This document shows, one piece after another, positions 20,364 to 30,990 of a stretch of DNA of 64,000 bases (position 1 is the first letter of the stretch; each line of letters starts with the position of its first letter). A program made the position numbers and the translations under genes. This stretch comes from a phage. The DNA is taken from the sequence record PX645697.1. One strand, written 5' to 3'. The notes beneath the pieces were generated by a model, which was not told the DNA's origin, did not search any database, and was given only the letters and a program-made list of their open reading frames with translations.

Positions 20364-21398
20364 ATGGCATATGGAATATGGACAAGCCCGGTCGGTCCGG
20401 GTCCAGCGGCACCTGCTGACATTTACATTGACAGTGGTAGCACTTTCCCTCAACTCAGAAATAGAGTCAGTGGGAATTTCTCTTTTAGCGGAAATACCTG
20501 TGACTTGCCTATAAGCGGTTGGGATGGTAGCGGTCAGATAGTTGTAGTCCCAACAGGGTCTGTTGTTTGGGAGAGATACATACCTCCTAATGTAACATCT
20601 GATGTGTATTGGCTAACGGATATATCTGTTATTAATAACTCAACCTTCAGAGTTACTATGGACTATAACGTAAACGGTTGGGTATTTGATATGGCTTTTA
20701 ATGTATATCAAATATGGCCTAGAGCTAATAGGAACTATGGAATCACATTCTCCAACTCTGCTGACTATTTCTCAATCTCTGATTCTGGAGTTGTTGGTCA
20801 ATGTATTTGGGCTTGGGAAGGTGACATAAATGGCTCTCTTCAAATACCAGATATTGGAGGTTTTGATATGAGTCGAGCAACTGTCTATGCAAATTGGAGT
20901 AACGGCGGAGCAGGGCTACTATACAACCCATCTAATAGGGTTGTTTATGTGTACCAGAACAGATCTCATGATAATGGTAACACAAATCAAACAGGGTACA
21001 TTGGTGGTGTTAGGATTGCCGTATTCTGTGATGGTTCGGGAGTACCAACCCACAATGGAGGTTTAAATATCTTTTCTCCAAATGGGTCTCAGTGTGTTTT
21101 TTCTACATATAGAACCCCTTTTAGTGTTGAGGGATTTATGCCTATGAGTGGTGGTAACACATCTTTGGCCTATCCAATGATACCTCTATCTTATGGTGCT
21201 GGAGCAATAAGAGGTAAGGCTAGTGGTTGGTATTTTCAACACACAAGATCTCACATGATGAATGGCTCTTCTTTTGGTACAGGTTTCGGAAGGATGATTT
21301 ACTCTTGGAGTAGTCAATATGATTTAGGAGGGGGTGGTGCCCTCGGGTTAAGTATTCCAATATTAGATGCTAGAAAGATATTCAGGAGTATACAATAA
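20364..21398 (+). CDS. tail protein (possible receptor-binding/distal tail)
   Basis: 344-aa ORF tiled between tail genes; G/S/N-rich beta-like composition. Confidence 0.5.
   Translation: MAYGIWTSPVGPGPAAPADIYIDSGSTFPQLRNRVSGNFSFSGNTCDLPISGWDGSGQIVVVPTGSVVWERYIPPNVTSDVYWLTDISVINNSTFRVTMDYNVNGWVFDMAFNVYQIWPRANRNYGITFSNSADYFSISDSGVVGQCIWAWEGDINGSLQIPDIGGFDMSRATVYANWSNGGAGLLYNPSNRVVYVYQNRSHDNGNTNQTGYIGGVRIAVFCDGSGVPTHNGGLNIFSPNGSQCVFSTYRTPFSVEGFMPMSGGNTSLAYPMIPLSYGAGAIRGKASGWYFQHTRSHMMNGSSFGTGFGRMIYSWSSQYDLGGGGALGLSIPILDARKIFRSIQ
20699..20707 (+). promoter_or_regulatory. intragenic TAATGTATA occurrence (possible internal promoter or chance)
   Basis: exact 9-mer inside CDS 20364..21398. Confidence 0.2.
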
Positions 21399-21407
21399 GG
21401 AGATATT

Positions 21408-22190
21408 ATGGCAATTAGAATGGGTATCGAAGAACTAGACCCAATGGTACAGCAAGCTTCAAAGAAGTATGGGATTCCTGCTGCTTTGATTCATGCTGTA
21501 ATCCAAAGAGAGTCTAGTGGACGTCCTAAAGTAGCCTCTGGAACTGGTCCTGTAGGTTTAATGCAGATCAGTAAAGGATTGGCTAAAGACTATGGATACA
21601 AACTAGAAGATAGACTGGACCCAGCAAAGAATATTGATATGGGCGCTCGTTACATAAGAGATAACTTAAAAGCTTTTAATGGTGATGTTAAGAAAGCAAT
21701 GGTTGGTTATTCAGAAGGTATCGGTGGAGCTAAGCAAATGTTCGCTGGTAAAAAGGGATTTACTCCACAAGCTCTTGACTCCATGAACAATAAACACTTT
21801 CTTCCTTTCTATGGTGATGCAGCTTCTCAAATTGCTAACCCTGTTGGAGCTTTACAAGCTGTTCAACCAGTCAATCAGTTTAGTCCTGACTTGTTAGATA
21901 GAGAGAAGGCCGCACAAGCTCCAACTCAGGCAGACATTACTGCTTCTAAGACAGGTGCTTTAGGCGGAAATCCAGTAGAGTTTTACTCTGATGAAGTACA
22001 AGAAGGGGAAGATCAGAAGCCTCAACAGAACTTTGGTAATGCAGTATTAGGTGTAGCTGCTATGCTTGCTGGTAAACCTCCGACTTCTCAAACAGTTCAG
22101 AGGGCAAGTGCACCACATGCAGCAGGTTCTCAGTACAGTCCACAAACACAAGCAGTGCTCAGACGTTTGGCTAGCATTGGTGTAAAGTAA
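21408..22190 (+). CDS. lytic transglycosylase (SLT domain) virion protein
   Basis: 260 aa; QRESSGRPKVASGTGPVGLMQISKGLAKDYGY matches SLT catalytic region (E-S ... GLMQ ... Y). Confidence 0.7.
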   Translation: MAIRMGIEELDPMVQQASKKYGIPAALIHAVIQRESSGRPKVASGTGPVGLMQISKGLAKDYGYKLEDRLDPAKNIDMGARYIRDNLKAFNGDVKKAMVGYSEGIGGAKQMFAGKKGFTPQALDSMNNKHFLPFYGDAASQIANPVGALQAVQPVNQFSPDLLDREKAAQAPTQADITASKTGALGGNPVEFYSDEVQEGEDQKPQQNFGNAVLGVAAMLAGKPPTSQTVQRASAPHAAGSQYSPQTQAVLRRLASIGVK

Positions 22191-22209
22191 TAATCTTTAA
22201 GGAGGACTT

Positions 22210-23262
22210 ATGTCTTTATTTGGAAAATCAGCTTCTAGCAAAACCACAGTGGCCCCTTCCTCTCAGGTTGATGCCCTGCTGAAGCAGATTGTTGCTAATG
22301 CTCAGAATATGCAGAACAACGATCCGGGATTCATCTCCCAACAGCTGGCTGGGTTTAATGGCAACCAACAAGGTGCTCTGAACAACTTAGCAGCTTCTAC
22401 TACTCAGAAGCAATTGGCTGACATGTACACGCCTCGTACACAGCAAGGGTTGGACCAATTAAACTCTCTTGCACAGCAGTATCAGAATATTGTCAATGGT
22501 GGTGGTCTAACTGCTGATGGTGTTAATAACTTCAGTAAAGGATTGAATAACTCAGCTCTTGCTCAAGCGACTAGTAAGGCAGCTTCCAATGTATCCCTCG
22601 GAAATGGTTCTGACTCTGGTTCTCTTCGTAGGGCTGCGGCTCAAGGGGCTGCTTTGAACAGTGCTAATACAAACTTAGCCCGTACTATCAGTGGCAAGAA
22701 TATGGGAATCAGTGCTCTTCAACAAGACCAAAACTTTCAGAGGGGTTTACTTGGTGCTCAGTCAGGATTGGCTGGACAGAATCTCAATCTTGGTGCTCAA
22801 GGTGTTCAGGCAACTCAACAAGCTATCCAGAATCAACTCATGGCTGGTAATCTACAACAGCAACAAGCCCAAGCTCAAGCTGACATTAATTGGCAGAACG
22901 CTATTGGCTCTCAACAGTATGGGTGGAATCAGCTTAACAACCAACTTAATGTATTAAACAGTGTAAGCCCGATGGCTGGGTACACAATTAAGAATGCCGC
23001 TCCGGGCATTAACACAGGACAGCAGATTCTCGGTGCTGGTATCACTGGGTTAGGTATTGCAGGTCGTATGGGTGCTTTCTCTCCTAATCAACAGACTCAG
23101 AATGCTTGGAGTTCCTATAACAACTCAGGTGGGCAATCTGGAATGGCTGGACCTATGATTGGAGGTTCTAATCTTTCTCAACAGAAAGGTCAGTCTAACT
23201 GGTTATCCACAACAGGTAATAATATCTTAGGCGGTGTCTTAGGGGCATTCGGAGCAAACTAA
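22210..23262 (+). CDS. Q/N/G-rich low-complexity virion protein (putative internal/ejection protein)
   Basis: 350 aa; compositionally biased; SD AAGGAGG. Confidence 0.5.
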   Translation: MSLFGKSASSKTTVAPSSQVDALLKQIVANAQNMQNNDPGFISQQLAGFNGNQQGALNNLAASTTQKQLADMYTPRTQQGLDQLNSLAQQYQNIVNGGGLTADGVNNFSKGLNNSALAQATSKAASNVSLGNGSDSGSLRRAAAQGAALNSANTNLARTISGKNMGISALQQDQNFQRGLLGAQSGLAGQNLNLGAQGVQATQQAIQNQLMAGNLQQQQAQAQADINWQNAIGSQQYGWNQLNNQLNVLNSVSPMAGYTIKNAAPGINTGQQILGAGITGLGIAGRMGAFSPNQQTQNAWSSYNNSGGQSGMAGPMIGGSNLSQQKGQSNWLSTTGNNILGGVLGAFGAN

Positions 23263-23274
23263 AGGAGATTTGAT

Positions 23275-24243
23275 ATGGCTTTATTTGGAGGAGGGAATAG
23301 TAAAACTACTTCCCAAATGATTCGCCCTGAATACATTCAACAGTATATTGACCAACTTAACAAACAGATTGGTAATACTAGTTCAGGGGATTATGTCTAT
23401 CGTGACAATGTAGGGTTTAATAATAATCAGACAGAGGCACTTAATAACCTAGCACAATCTGGTGCTTTAGGCACTCTCTCACAGCAATACATGGATGCAG
23501 CAGGTCAAGGGTTAGGGTATCTAGATAATGCCTATAAAGGCTATCAGAGCCTTTCTGGACAAGGTGGGATTACTGGAGAACAGATTGGTGCTCTCGCTGG
23601 TCAACTGTATGATGATGACGCTGTGCAAGCAGCCATTACAGCTAATAATGAACAGGTTCAACAGAACTTGGCACGTAATGCTCTTCCTCAGCTGGCTCAA
23701 CAGTTTGCCGGTCAACAAGGTTCAGGTGCTCGTATGGCTAAGTCTTTTGCCCAAGGTGATGCTCTGAATCAGATGCAAGGCCAAGCAACAGATATTACCA
23801 ATAGTGCCTATAACTCGGCTATTAGCCAAGCTGAAAGCATCCTCTCTGGTAATAGACAGAATCAGGCAGCTGCTCTCTCTGGTCTTTCTAATATTGGTTC
23901 TAACCTTTCTAACCTAGGTCAGCAGGGTGCTAATTTGTCTCAACAACAAATAATGAATCAATGGAATGCAGGGTTGCAGCAACAACAGCAACAACAGAAT
24001 GAATATGATAATGCCTACCAGAATGCTCAGAACGCAGCTAATTGGGGATGGCAAGATATCAATAACCAACTCGGTGCAGCAGGTGTACTTAACGGTGCTC
24101 TCGGACAAACTACAACTACTAAAACATCTGGTGGCAAAGGTGGTTTCCTTGGTGGAGCTATGAGTGGTGCAGCAGCTGGCTCTTCTTTTGGGCCTTGGGG
24201 TGCATTAGCTGGGGGTGTAATCGGTGGGTTGGCTAGTACTTAA
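23275..24243 (+). CDS. Q/N/G-rich low-complexity virion protein, glycine-rich C-terminus
   Basis: 322 aa; resembles the upstream protein in composition; poly-Q run; C-terminal GG-rich hydrophobic segment. Confidence 0.5.
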   Translation: MALFGGGNSKTTSQMIRPEYIQQYIDQLNKQIGNTSSGDYVYRDNVGFNNNQTEALNNLAQSGALGTLSQQYMDAAGQGLGYLDNAYKGYQSLSGQGGITGEQIGALAGQLYDDDAVQAAITANNEQVQQNLARNALPQLAQQFAGQQGSGARMAKSFAQGDALNQMQGQATDITNSAYNSAISQAESILSGNRQNQAAALSGLSNIGSNLSNLGQQGANLSQQQIMNQWNAGLQQQQQQQNEYDNAYQNAQNAANWGWQDINNQLGAAGVLNGALGQTTTTKTSGGKGGFLGGAMSGAAAGSSFGPWGALAGGVIGGLAST

Positions 24244-24256
24244 TTAGGAGATAAAT

Positions 24257-25912
24257 ATGCAACAGACAACTTACGCTCAGGTCAGAAGTCGTGACCCGAG
24301 AAATACTTTCTATGGTGTTAATCCGGGAGCGGCTTCGGCCTCTCCTTATATGGCTAGACCGACTCAGACAGCAGATATTTCTATGTATCAACGTCCTGCT
24401 GTACCTTCATCTCTTGCGGGTCTTGTCTCTCAGGCAGAAGAAGATCAGAATGCTATGGTTAATCCGGGATTCCAGCAACGTCTTATGGAACAGCAGAATC
24501 AAGGAACTCCTACCAGTCTTCAGGGTATTAATATTGGAGCACCGGCCCCTGTAGCATCTAACCCTAACCTATCCACTGATCAAGGTTTACAGGATGCTGG
24601 GCTTATGCCTAGTGACCCTCTTCCGGTAACACCTCCTACTAAACCGTTAGAAGCTGGTCCTATGGAGTTTACTCCTTCTCAGGTGGAACAGGCACAAGGT
24701 GTGATTAACACTCTTGCTCAAGGACAAGACACTGGTGATGGAATGGCTGCTGCTACTCGTGCTAAAGATCAGGAACGTGTTAACAATGATATCTTGCAAG
24801 TTGCGAAAGCTAAAGACCCTTCAGAAGCTTGGAACAAATTACAGAAAGAACCATTCTATCAGAACTCTAGTTTCTACACAGGTTTGATGGGTGTAGGTCT
24901 TTCAATCATGTCAGGTAAGTCTCCTATCGAAGCTTTCCAGATTGGTCAGGGAATGGCTAATCAAGATGAGACTAAGAAGCAACTGGAAGCTAACCGTGAT
25001 GCTCTGATTGAACAAGGCTTCTCTCAAGACTCGATCGCAGCTGCTATTGCTAACGGAGACCCGTCTCTACTGAAGATGAGAGCTGTAGACCCTGCTCAGA
25101 AAGAAGCTCTGTATGCTGCTCGTGAAGAACGTCAGAATGCTGAATGGGATAGACGTCAACAGATTCAAGAGCAGGCTATGCGTGAACGTGCCGAGGAAAC
25201 TCGTCGTGCTGCTGAAAAGAGAACTGATATGAACTTTGAACGTCAGAAAGAGTTGATTGGTTATCGTGATAGAGTTAAGGCTGAACGTGCTGAACAAGTT
25301 GCTCAAAGTTTCAACTTCCCCACGAAAGAAATCCGTAACGCTCAGAATACAGCTGAAGGTACTATCGCTAAACAGTGGGCAGAGAAAGGTGGCTTGTTTA
25401 ACCAGTCTAATAAAGACTTGGACTTGGCTGATAAAGCTGTTAAGGACAAAGACTATCAGACGGCCCGTTCTGCTTACATGCAGGCTATCATGAACTCCGC
25501 AAGGGCTGAAATTGGTTCTACTCGTTCTCTAACTGAAGAAGATTTGGGACATTTTGCAGAAGACCCATCAATCTTTATCCGTGTAGGTAACAAGTTTGCT
25601 CTGAAGTCTGGGTGGCGTCCTACTGATTCTGCTCTTGCTTATGCTCGTAAACAGGCTAACGTCGGTCATACCTCTGCTATGAAAGGTGTTGCTGATGCTA
25701 AGAGAGATACTATCAACGCTTATGTTGGTTCTGGTATGGATAAGAAGAGAGCTACTGCATTGGTTAACCGTGCAATTCCTTCTGGCGGTTTCTATGACCC
25801 TCTCGGTGTTTTCTCTGATGAAGCAGAAGAGTATGTTGGTGGTGCAGCGACCAATCCTAAACTGAATGGTGCTTTATCAGCTGTCGAAGACACTAGCTGG
25901 TTCACACAATAA
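24257..25912 (+). CDS. putative internal virion protein
   Basis: 551-aa ORF with SD AGGAGA; tiled in late block. Confidence 0.5.
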   Translation: MQQTTYAQVRSRDPRNTFYGVNPGAASASPYMARPTQTADISMYQRPAVPSSLAGLVSQAEEDQNAMVNPGFQQRLMEQQNQGTPTSLQGINIGAPAPVASNPNLSTDQGLQDAGLMPSDPLPVTPPTKPLEAGPMEFTPSQVEQAQGVINTLAQGQDTGDGMAAATRAKDQERVNNDILQVAKAKDPSEAWNKLQKEPFYQNSSFYTGLMGVGLSIMSGKSPIEAFQIGQGMANQDETKKQLEANRDALIEQGFSQDSIAAAIANGDPSLLKMRAVDPAQKEALYAAREERQNAEWDRRQQIQEQAMRERAEETRRAAEKRTDMNFERQKELIGYRDRVKAERAEQVAQSFNFPTKEIRNAQNTAEGTIAKQWAEKGGLFNQSNKDLDLADKAVKDKDYQTARSAYMQAIMNSARAEIGSTRSLTEEDLGHFAEDPSIFIRVGNKFALKSGWRPTDSALAYARKQANVGHTSAMKGVADAKRDTINAYVGSGMDKKRATALVNRAIPSGGFYDPLGVFSDEAEEYVGGAATNPKLNGALSAVEDTSWFTQ

Positions 25913-25932
25913 GACCTAAGTCCTGCCTTCTA

Positions 25933-25941
25933 TAATGTATA
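25933..25941 (+). promoter_or_regulatory. TAATGTATA promoter-like motif (embedded in TATAATGTATATA)
   Basis: exact 9-mer 38 nt upstream of ATG 25980; overlaps a TATAAT hexamer. Confidence 0.5.
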
Positions 25942-25979
25942 TAGGGGGTAGGACATTTTTATTTATAAAAGGAGACGTT

Positions 25980-28900
25980 ATGGCTAACATTAAACCGTGG
26001 GAAGAAGCTTCCAAAGCTCCTGCGTATCTGAATGCCTCTCCGGAGCAGCAAGCTCAAATGAGAGAACAATATAAGGCAGCAGGTGGCTCTATTCCTGAGG
26101 AACAGCCAGTAGCACAACCACAACAAGAAGAACGTGGTGTTATAGGTGAGTTTGCTCAAGGTGTGTCAAATGCTCTTCAATCTGGTGGTGCAAATATTGC
26201 AGCTAGTGCTGCTAAAGGTATTGGTGGTTTAGTTGAGATTGGTGAGAATCTAGCTGGAGCACAGACTAGTTATGGTAAGCGTATCCAAGAGAACTCTCAG
26301 AACCTTCTGAAAGAACGTATGGATAAGATTGAGGATGGGATTGGCAAAACTGTCGGTCAGTATGCTGGCGTTGCTGGTGATATCGGTTTGACAGTTGCTA
26401 ACCCATTGGCTGCTGCTGCTATCATCGCAGGTCGTGAGACAGGTCGTGCATATGCAGACCAAACCCCTGAAGAGGGGGAAGATAAGTCTATTCTAGATGC
26501 AGCCTTAGTTGGTGGTGCTAACTACGCGGCTATGAGAATCCTTCCGGGTGCTGTTGGTACAGCTGAGTCCACACTTGGACGTATTGGTCAGAACGTTGCT
26601 ACTAACGCAGTGGCTGGTGCTAAGGGCGGGGCTCTTATAGGTGCTGCTGAAGCTCAGAACAAGTATGGTGATGACAATGATCTAGCTAAGACATTGGAAG
26701 GTGTTATCGAAGAAGGAGCTATGGGTGCTGCATTTGGTGGTGCAGTTGGTGGGGTTCATGGTTTGATTAGCCGTCCGGATTCTGCTGTCTTCAGGAATAC
26801 TCCAGAGTATGCGAAGACTGATATTGCTGCTGATGATGAACTGATTCGTAGTGCTAAGAATATTGATGAGCTGAAAGAGGCTTACTCTAAAGCTGAAACT
26901 GCTAACGCTGCTTCTGCTCTGAACCTTCTCGATGAGAATGGATTCCGTATTACAGATGCTGTTGCTGTAGATTCTCCTGCTGCTCAGCGTATTCTTAATA
27001 CTGACCAAGCTCGTGCTGAGAAAGCTGCTTCTGTTCAGAAAGAACATTCCAACATTCCTGGCCTTAATCCTTTAGCTTCTCCTGCTAAAACTCGTGGTAA
27101 AGCTTTCGCTGATAATGAGCACAACCAGAAACAGGCTGTTGCTATGAAGGATGCAATGGCTGACTACACCAAGGATAATACTAAAACTCTTACAGATGTT
27201 CTAGATAACCTAGACCGTGAATTAACATCTCTCCGAGCTTCTGGTGATTTTACCGGTAGTCCGATTGACATTAAGAACCGTACGCAAGCTGACCGTGATT
27301 TCATTGATGCTTACAAGACTTTCTACAATGAAGCAAATCGATTCAAAGCTCGTGATGGGGAAGACTTTAATAACTTTGTAGAGAAAGCTACTGAACTACA
27401 GAAGATGGCTGATAATGTTTCTCCAGAGATGAAGAAAGCTATTGGTGGGTTGAAGAAACTGAAAGGTATGCCTGAAGGTTTTAATCCTATCCAAGATGCT
27501 TACACTCTGAACAATACAGCTAAATTCATGAGCAACCAAGATCGTGGCTGGACTTCCCTGACTGATGATGGCTTCCGTGAGGCTTCTTCACCTAGTCTGG
27601 TAATGAACACTCTTGGTGCTGCTAAATATGCTCTGAATCGCTTCTCTTCTCAGCGTGCTCGCTCTCAACGTGTTAAGCAACAAGAATCTAACAGTGAAGC
27701 TATCCGCTCTCTAGCTCGTGGTGATTTGGAAGTTGCTCGTGCTAAATCCGCTGCTGATGAAGCTCGCACTAAGATGGAAGAAGAACCAGCTGTTGATGAC
27801 ATTAATTTTAAGACGCAAAATGATGTGGAAACTGAACCGGTTCGGGAGCCTTCTTCTAGTACTGTGACGGGAGAAAATCTTCCTTCTTCTGCTCCTCAAG
27901 AAGCTCCTCTTACAGCTCGTGATTTAGTTGCTCAAAGACGTGCTATCCGTCAGGCTGAACAGCGTCGCGCTGAAGAAGAGGCATTGGCTGCTCAAGAAGC
28001 TCCGGTTGAACAGGCTCCACAAGCTGAACCTCTCCCTGCTCGTAATCCTTTAGAGGAGCGTCGTGTATTAGAGCAGCAACGTGCTCAAGAAGAGGGCCAA
28101 AAGGCTTCATCAGAGGATGCATCTTCTGTTACTAAAGAATCTCTCTCTCACTATGCTGAAGATGGGATACTTTCTCAAGATTTAAATGGCAACATTGCCC
28201 TTCGCCTAAATCAGTTCACCCCGGCTGAGCAACAGTTTTTGCGTAACCATAATTTGGTTGACTCAAATGATATGGTCAAAGCTAGTTCTCTAAGACAAGC
28301 TGATCCATTACCTACCCGTGCCCCTAAAGCTCCTAAAGAAGAGGTACAGGACGTTAAACCGGCAAGTGGTGTAGAACGTTTAGCTGCTATGTCTAGTGCT
28401 GCTCGTCAGGCTACTAAAGATCGTGCAGAACGCTTTGCTCGTTCTCTGTACTCTAAGGCTGCTAAGGCTAAAGCTACTGCTGAGAACTTCTTGTCTTACA
28501 AGGGTGATCCTAAGGAGTTGATGCGTCGTATTCGTCAGGAAGATAATGCTATCAACACTGAACGTCATGAAGAAATGGCTCGTAACCAGCTGGCTTCTCA
28601 GCAAGGTATTGCTACTGCTAAGAACAACACTGTACGAACTAACTTTGCTGAATGGGTTAAAGAACGTGGTCTGCCAGAAGACATTGCTACTAAGGCATTA
28701 CGTGCTGAAGAGAAAGGTTTAGGTGGGAACGTAACTAACTTGGATAGTCTGAAACGTCGTGCTGAAAGGTTGTATCAGAAGCAGCGTGAAGATGAGTTTG
28801 ATAGACTGTACCAACAAGCTCTAGAAGAGAATAAAGCTTTCGATAACAAGAATGCTCCTAAGCTGGTTGACCAGAAGAAAGAGTTTCAGTCTGAGATTGA

Positions 28901-30560
28901 TACTTTGATTGATGCAGAACCTTTACGTCCTGCTCAGAAAGACGCTATGCGTAAATTGATGAATGACTTTGTAGATGGAAAGTTTAAATCTTCAGAGAAG
29001 GCTGGTAGGGAAGAGGCTTTGGAAGTTGGTCAGATGAAGGATATTTGGGATGGGTTTATTAACACCTATAACAGAGAAGTGAATGCCTTCAACAAAGCTA
29101 ACAAGAACTCTCAGTACGAAGCTGCTGCTAAGCATTTACAGGCTCGTGAAGAACGTCTTGCTACACTCAGGAAAAAGGCTCAGGCTCGTTCGGATGCTAA
29201 AGCTGCTGTTGAGAATGAACGTAAAACTCTAGAGGCTATTGCAGCTCAGAAGAGTGAGATTGAGAAGATGATGGAAGGTTTACCTAAACCTGTTCGTGAG
29301 GCTCAGGAATCTCGTACACTGAAACAGTTGGCTGCTCACCACGATAAGAACTCTCCAGTTCCTCCAGAGAAGTTCCGTAGTTACATTGAACGTATCCATA
29401 ACGCCGAGTCAGACTACCTTGATCGTCAGCGTCGTTTAACTGATGCAGAGGAAGATGCTCGTCAGGCTAAGTGGAACAAGATGTATGAGCAAGCGGAAGA
29501 GATGAACCGCAAGTTTGATGTGGACAAGAGAGTTAAGCGCAGTGAAGAGCTTAAAGCGGCCCAAGAGCGTGAGAATGATCTTATGGCAGTACAACGTCAA
29601 CGTGATGATATTCATCGCCGCCTGATGCGTACTATGGAAGATAAGGGCATATCTAGAGAGGATGCTGAAGCGTTTGCCGGCTCCTATATGGATAACCGTT
29701 ATGCACTTCTTGAGAAACCTATGACTCCGACTGAACATCAGAATGCTCGTTCTCGTATCGAAGCTGATGTTGAGAAATTCGCTAAGAAGTATGAATCAAT
29801 GACTCCTATTGAGAAAGAGATTGTTAAGGTTACTGGAGATACTGAAGGTAAGCTTGATAACTTGGATGCGGATACTAGGAAGGCTATTGAGGAGGCTCAG
29901 AAGGTTGACTCTGATATTAAGAAACTGCAAGAGGAAGAATTGGAGATGGAGAAGATTCGTTCTGCTCTGCCTGACGATGAAAAATCTCAAGCAAATTCTG
30001 ATATCTTGGAAAGCATTAAACAACAGGAAGAGGTCTTTGCTGATAAAGTAGAGAAAGCTTTCTTGAGTGGGAAAAGCTTGGATGAGTTGGCTAGTGTGGC
30101 TGAAGTTTTAGACAGGGTTCATGGTGCAGATAAGGCTGGTAACAACCGTCGCTTTGTACGTGCATTGCAGACTGCTGCTGAAAACAAGAAGAAGTATGGT
30201 GATAATCCGGTAGCTTGGTTTAGTGCTGATGATTATTCTGCTATTGCTAAACTTGGCGCTTCTTCCGCAGGTGGTAACAAATCTAGAGCATTGGAGAAAA
30301 TCTTTGGTTCTACAGCTGAACAGGCTAAGAGTAAGTTGCTTGGTAGGGATGATGTAGCGAAGATGAGACGTGTAATTGAAGAGAACCCTGATGTTAAGAT
30401 TCCTTCTTACAAGACAACGAATCGTACTGAGTACTTGCAGTTCTTGGAGAAGTTTAATGACGAAGGGAAGCCGAAGATTAAACGTGGCTCATTGTCAGAG
30501 AAGCTTGAACGCAGTAAGCGTCAATCGAGACTCCGTGTAAGAGTTCGACCTAAGGAGTGA
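25980..30560 (+). CDS. very large A/E/K/R-rich coiled-coil virion protein (putative internal core/ejection protein), start refined to ATG 25980
   Basis: 1526 aa from ATG 25980; AAAGGAGA SD; six-frame ORF starts earlier at 25935 inside the promoter motif. Confidence 0.6.
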   Translation: MANIKPWEEASKAPAYLNASPEQQAQMREQYKAAGGSIPEEQPVAQPQQEERGVIGEFAQGVSNALQSGGANIAASAAKGIGGLVEIGENLAGAQTSYGKRIQENSQNLLKERMDKIEDGIGKTVGQYAGVAGDIGLTVANPLAAAAIIAGRETGRAYADQTPEEGEDKSILDAALVGGANYAAMRILPGAVGTAESTLGRIGQNVATNAVAGAKGGALIGAAEAQNKYGDDNDLAKTLEGVIEEGAMGAAFGGAVGGVHGLISRPDSAVFRNTPEYAKTDIAADDELIRSAKNIDELKEAYSKAETANAASALNLLDENGFRITDAVAVDSPAAQRILNTDQARAEKAASVQKEHSNIPGLNPLASPAKTRGKAFADNEHNQKQAVAMKDAMADYTKDNTKTLTDVLDNLDRELTSLRASGDFTGSPIDIKNRTQADRDFIDAYKTFYNEANRFKARDGEDFNNFVEKATELQKMADNVSPEMKKAIGGLKKLKGMPEGFNPIQDAYTLNNTAKFMSNQDRGWTSLTDDGFREASSPSLVMNTLGAAKYALNRFSSQRARSQRVKQQESNSEAIRSLARGDLEVARAKSAADEARTKMEEEPAVDDINFKTQNDVETEPVREPSSSTVTGENLPSSAPQEAPLTARDLVAQRRAIRQAEQRRAEEEALAAQEAPVEQAPQAEPLPARNPLEERRVLEQQRAQEEGQKASSEDASSVTKESLSHYAEDGILSQDLNGNIALRLNQFTPAEQQFLRNHNLVDSNDMVKASSLRQADPLPTRAPKAPKEEVQDVKPASGVERLAAMSSAARQATKDRAERFARSLYSKAAKAKATAENFLSYKGDPKELMRRIRQEDNAINTERHEEMARNQLASQQGIATAKNNTVRTNFAEWVKERGLPEDIATKALRAEEKGLGGNVTNLDSLKRRAERLYQKQREDEFDRLYQQALEENKAFDNKNAPKLVDQKKEFQSEIDTLIDAEPLRPAQKDAMRKLMNDFVDGKFKSSEKAGREEALEVGQMKDIWDGFINTYNREVNAFNKANKNSQYEAAAKHLQAREERLATLRKKAQARSDAKAAVENERKTLEAIAAQKSEIEKMMEGLPKPVREAQESRTLKQLAAHHDKNSPVPPEKFRSYIERIHNAESDYLDRQRRLTDAEEDARQAKWNKMYEQAEEMNRKFDVDKRVKRSEELKAAQERENDLMAVQRQRDDIHRRLMRTMEDKGISREDAEAFAGSYMDNRYALLEKPMTPTEHQNARSRIEADVEKFAKKYESMTPIEKEIVKVTGDTEGKLDNLDADTRKAIEEAQKVDSDIKKLQEEELEMEKIRSALPDDEKSQANSDILESIKQQEEVFADKVEKAFLSGKSLDELASVAEVLDRVHGADKAGNNRRFVRALQTAAENKKKYGDNPVAWFSADDYSAIAKLGASSAGGNKSRALEKIFGSTAEQAKSKLLGRDDVAKMRRVIEENPDVKIPSYKTTNRTEYLQFLEKFNDEGKPKIKRGSLSEKLERSKRQSRLRVRVRPKE

Positions 30561-30566
30561 TAAAAG

Positions 30567-30605
30567 AAAAGCCCCCAATCGAAAGAAAGGGGGCTTTATT
30601 TATTT
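30567..30605. terminator. bidirectional intrinsic terminator at convergence of + and - blocks
   Basis: GCCCCC..GGGGGC stem flanked by AAAA on one side and TTTATTTATTT on the other. Confidence 0.65.
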
Positions 30606-30759
30606 CTAGATTTTCTTGTAAGTGATAGTTCCTTCTTTAACAGCTTTATCATAAGCCGCTTTGAACTTTTTCATCATATCAATTTTGCTCTGTTTTATCT
30701 TTTCAAAATCCATCAAATTCATCATCATACATCCCAGCATTCTTCATTCATATAACCTC

Positions 30760-30990
30760 CTAGATCAAATCATAATACTGAATAATATCAGAGAGTTTGA
30801 ACTCTCGAATCTCATCTTTCTCTATATCTATCGCTGTCATAATCCAACAAGGTTTGCCACCGTTATGAAAACGGGAGCTAGCAACGGAGGTTCGGAGTGG
30901 AATAACGGACCGGTCAGCAACCTCGCCTCTCCAATTGCGATAGCGAAAGCGAAGCACTTGTTGCGTAGATTTTTGATCATCACTCATTTC
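30760..30990 (-). CDS. hypothetical protein (start refined to internal ATG)
   Basis: ORF tail of six-frame ORF 30760..31128 that does not overlap the HNH gene. Confidence 0.35.
   Translation of the reverse strand, partial: EMSDDQKSTQQVLRFRYRNWRGEVADRSVIPLRTSVASSRFHNGGKPCWIMTAIDIEKDEIREFKLSDIIQYYDLI

Noticed and set aside
652-30051. Many six-frame ORFs antisense to, or in alternative frames of, the + strand virion genes (e.g. 652..942, 944..1183, 2294..2494, 2941..3309, 7267..7998, 8014..8253, 8372..8644, 11027..11476, 12853..13248, 26682..27047, 29436..29738, 29809..30051)
   Set aside because: Each lies wholly inside a longer ORF with a convincing start, SD, codon bias or domain content; they are treated as shadow ORFs.
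30606-30737. Short - strand ORF (about 40-44 aa) just inside the terminator, with an overlapping 8-codon mini-ORF after an AGGAGG
   Set aside because: Too short, no recognisable features; could be chance in an AT-rich spacer.
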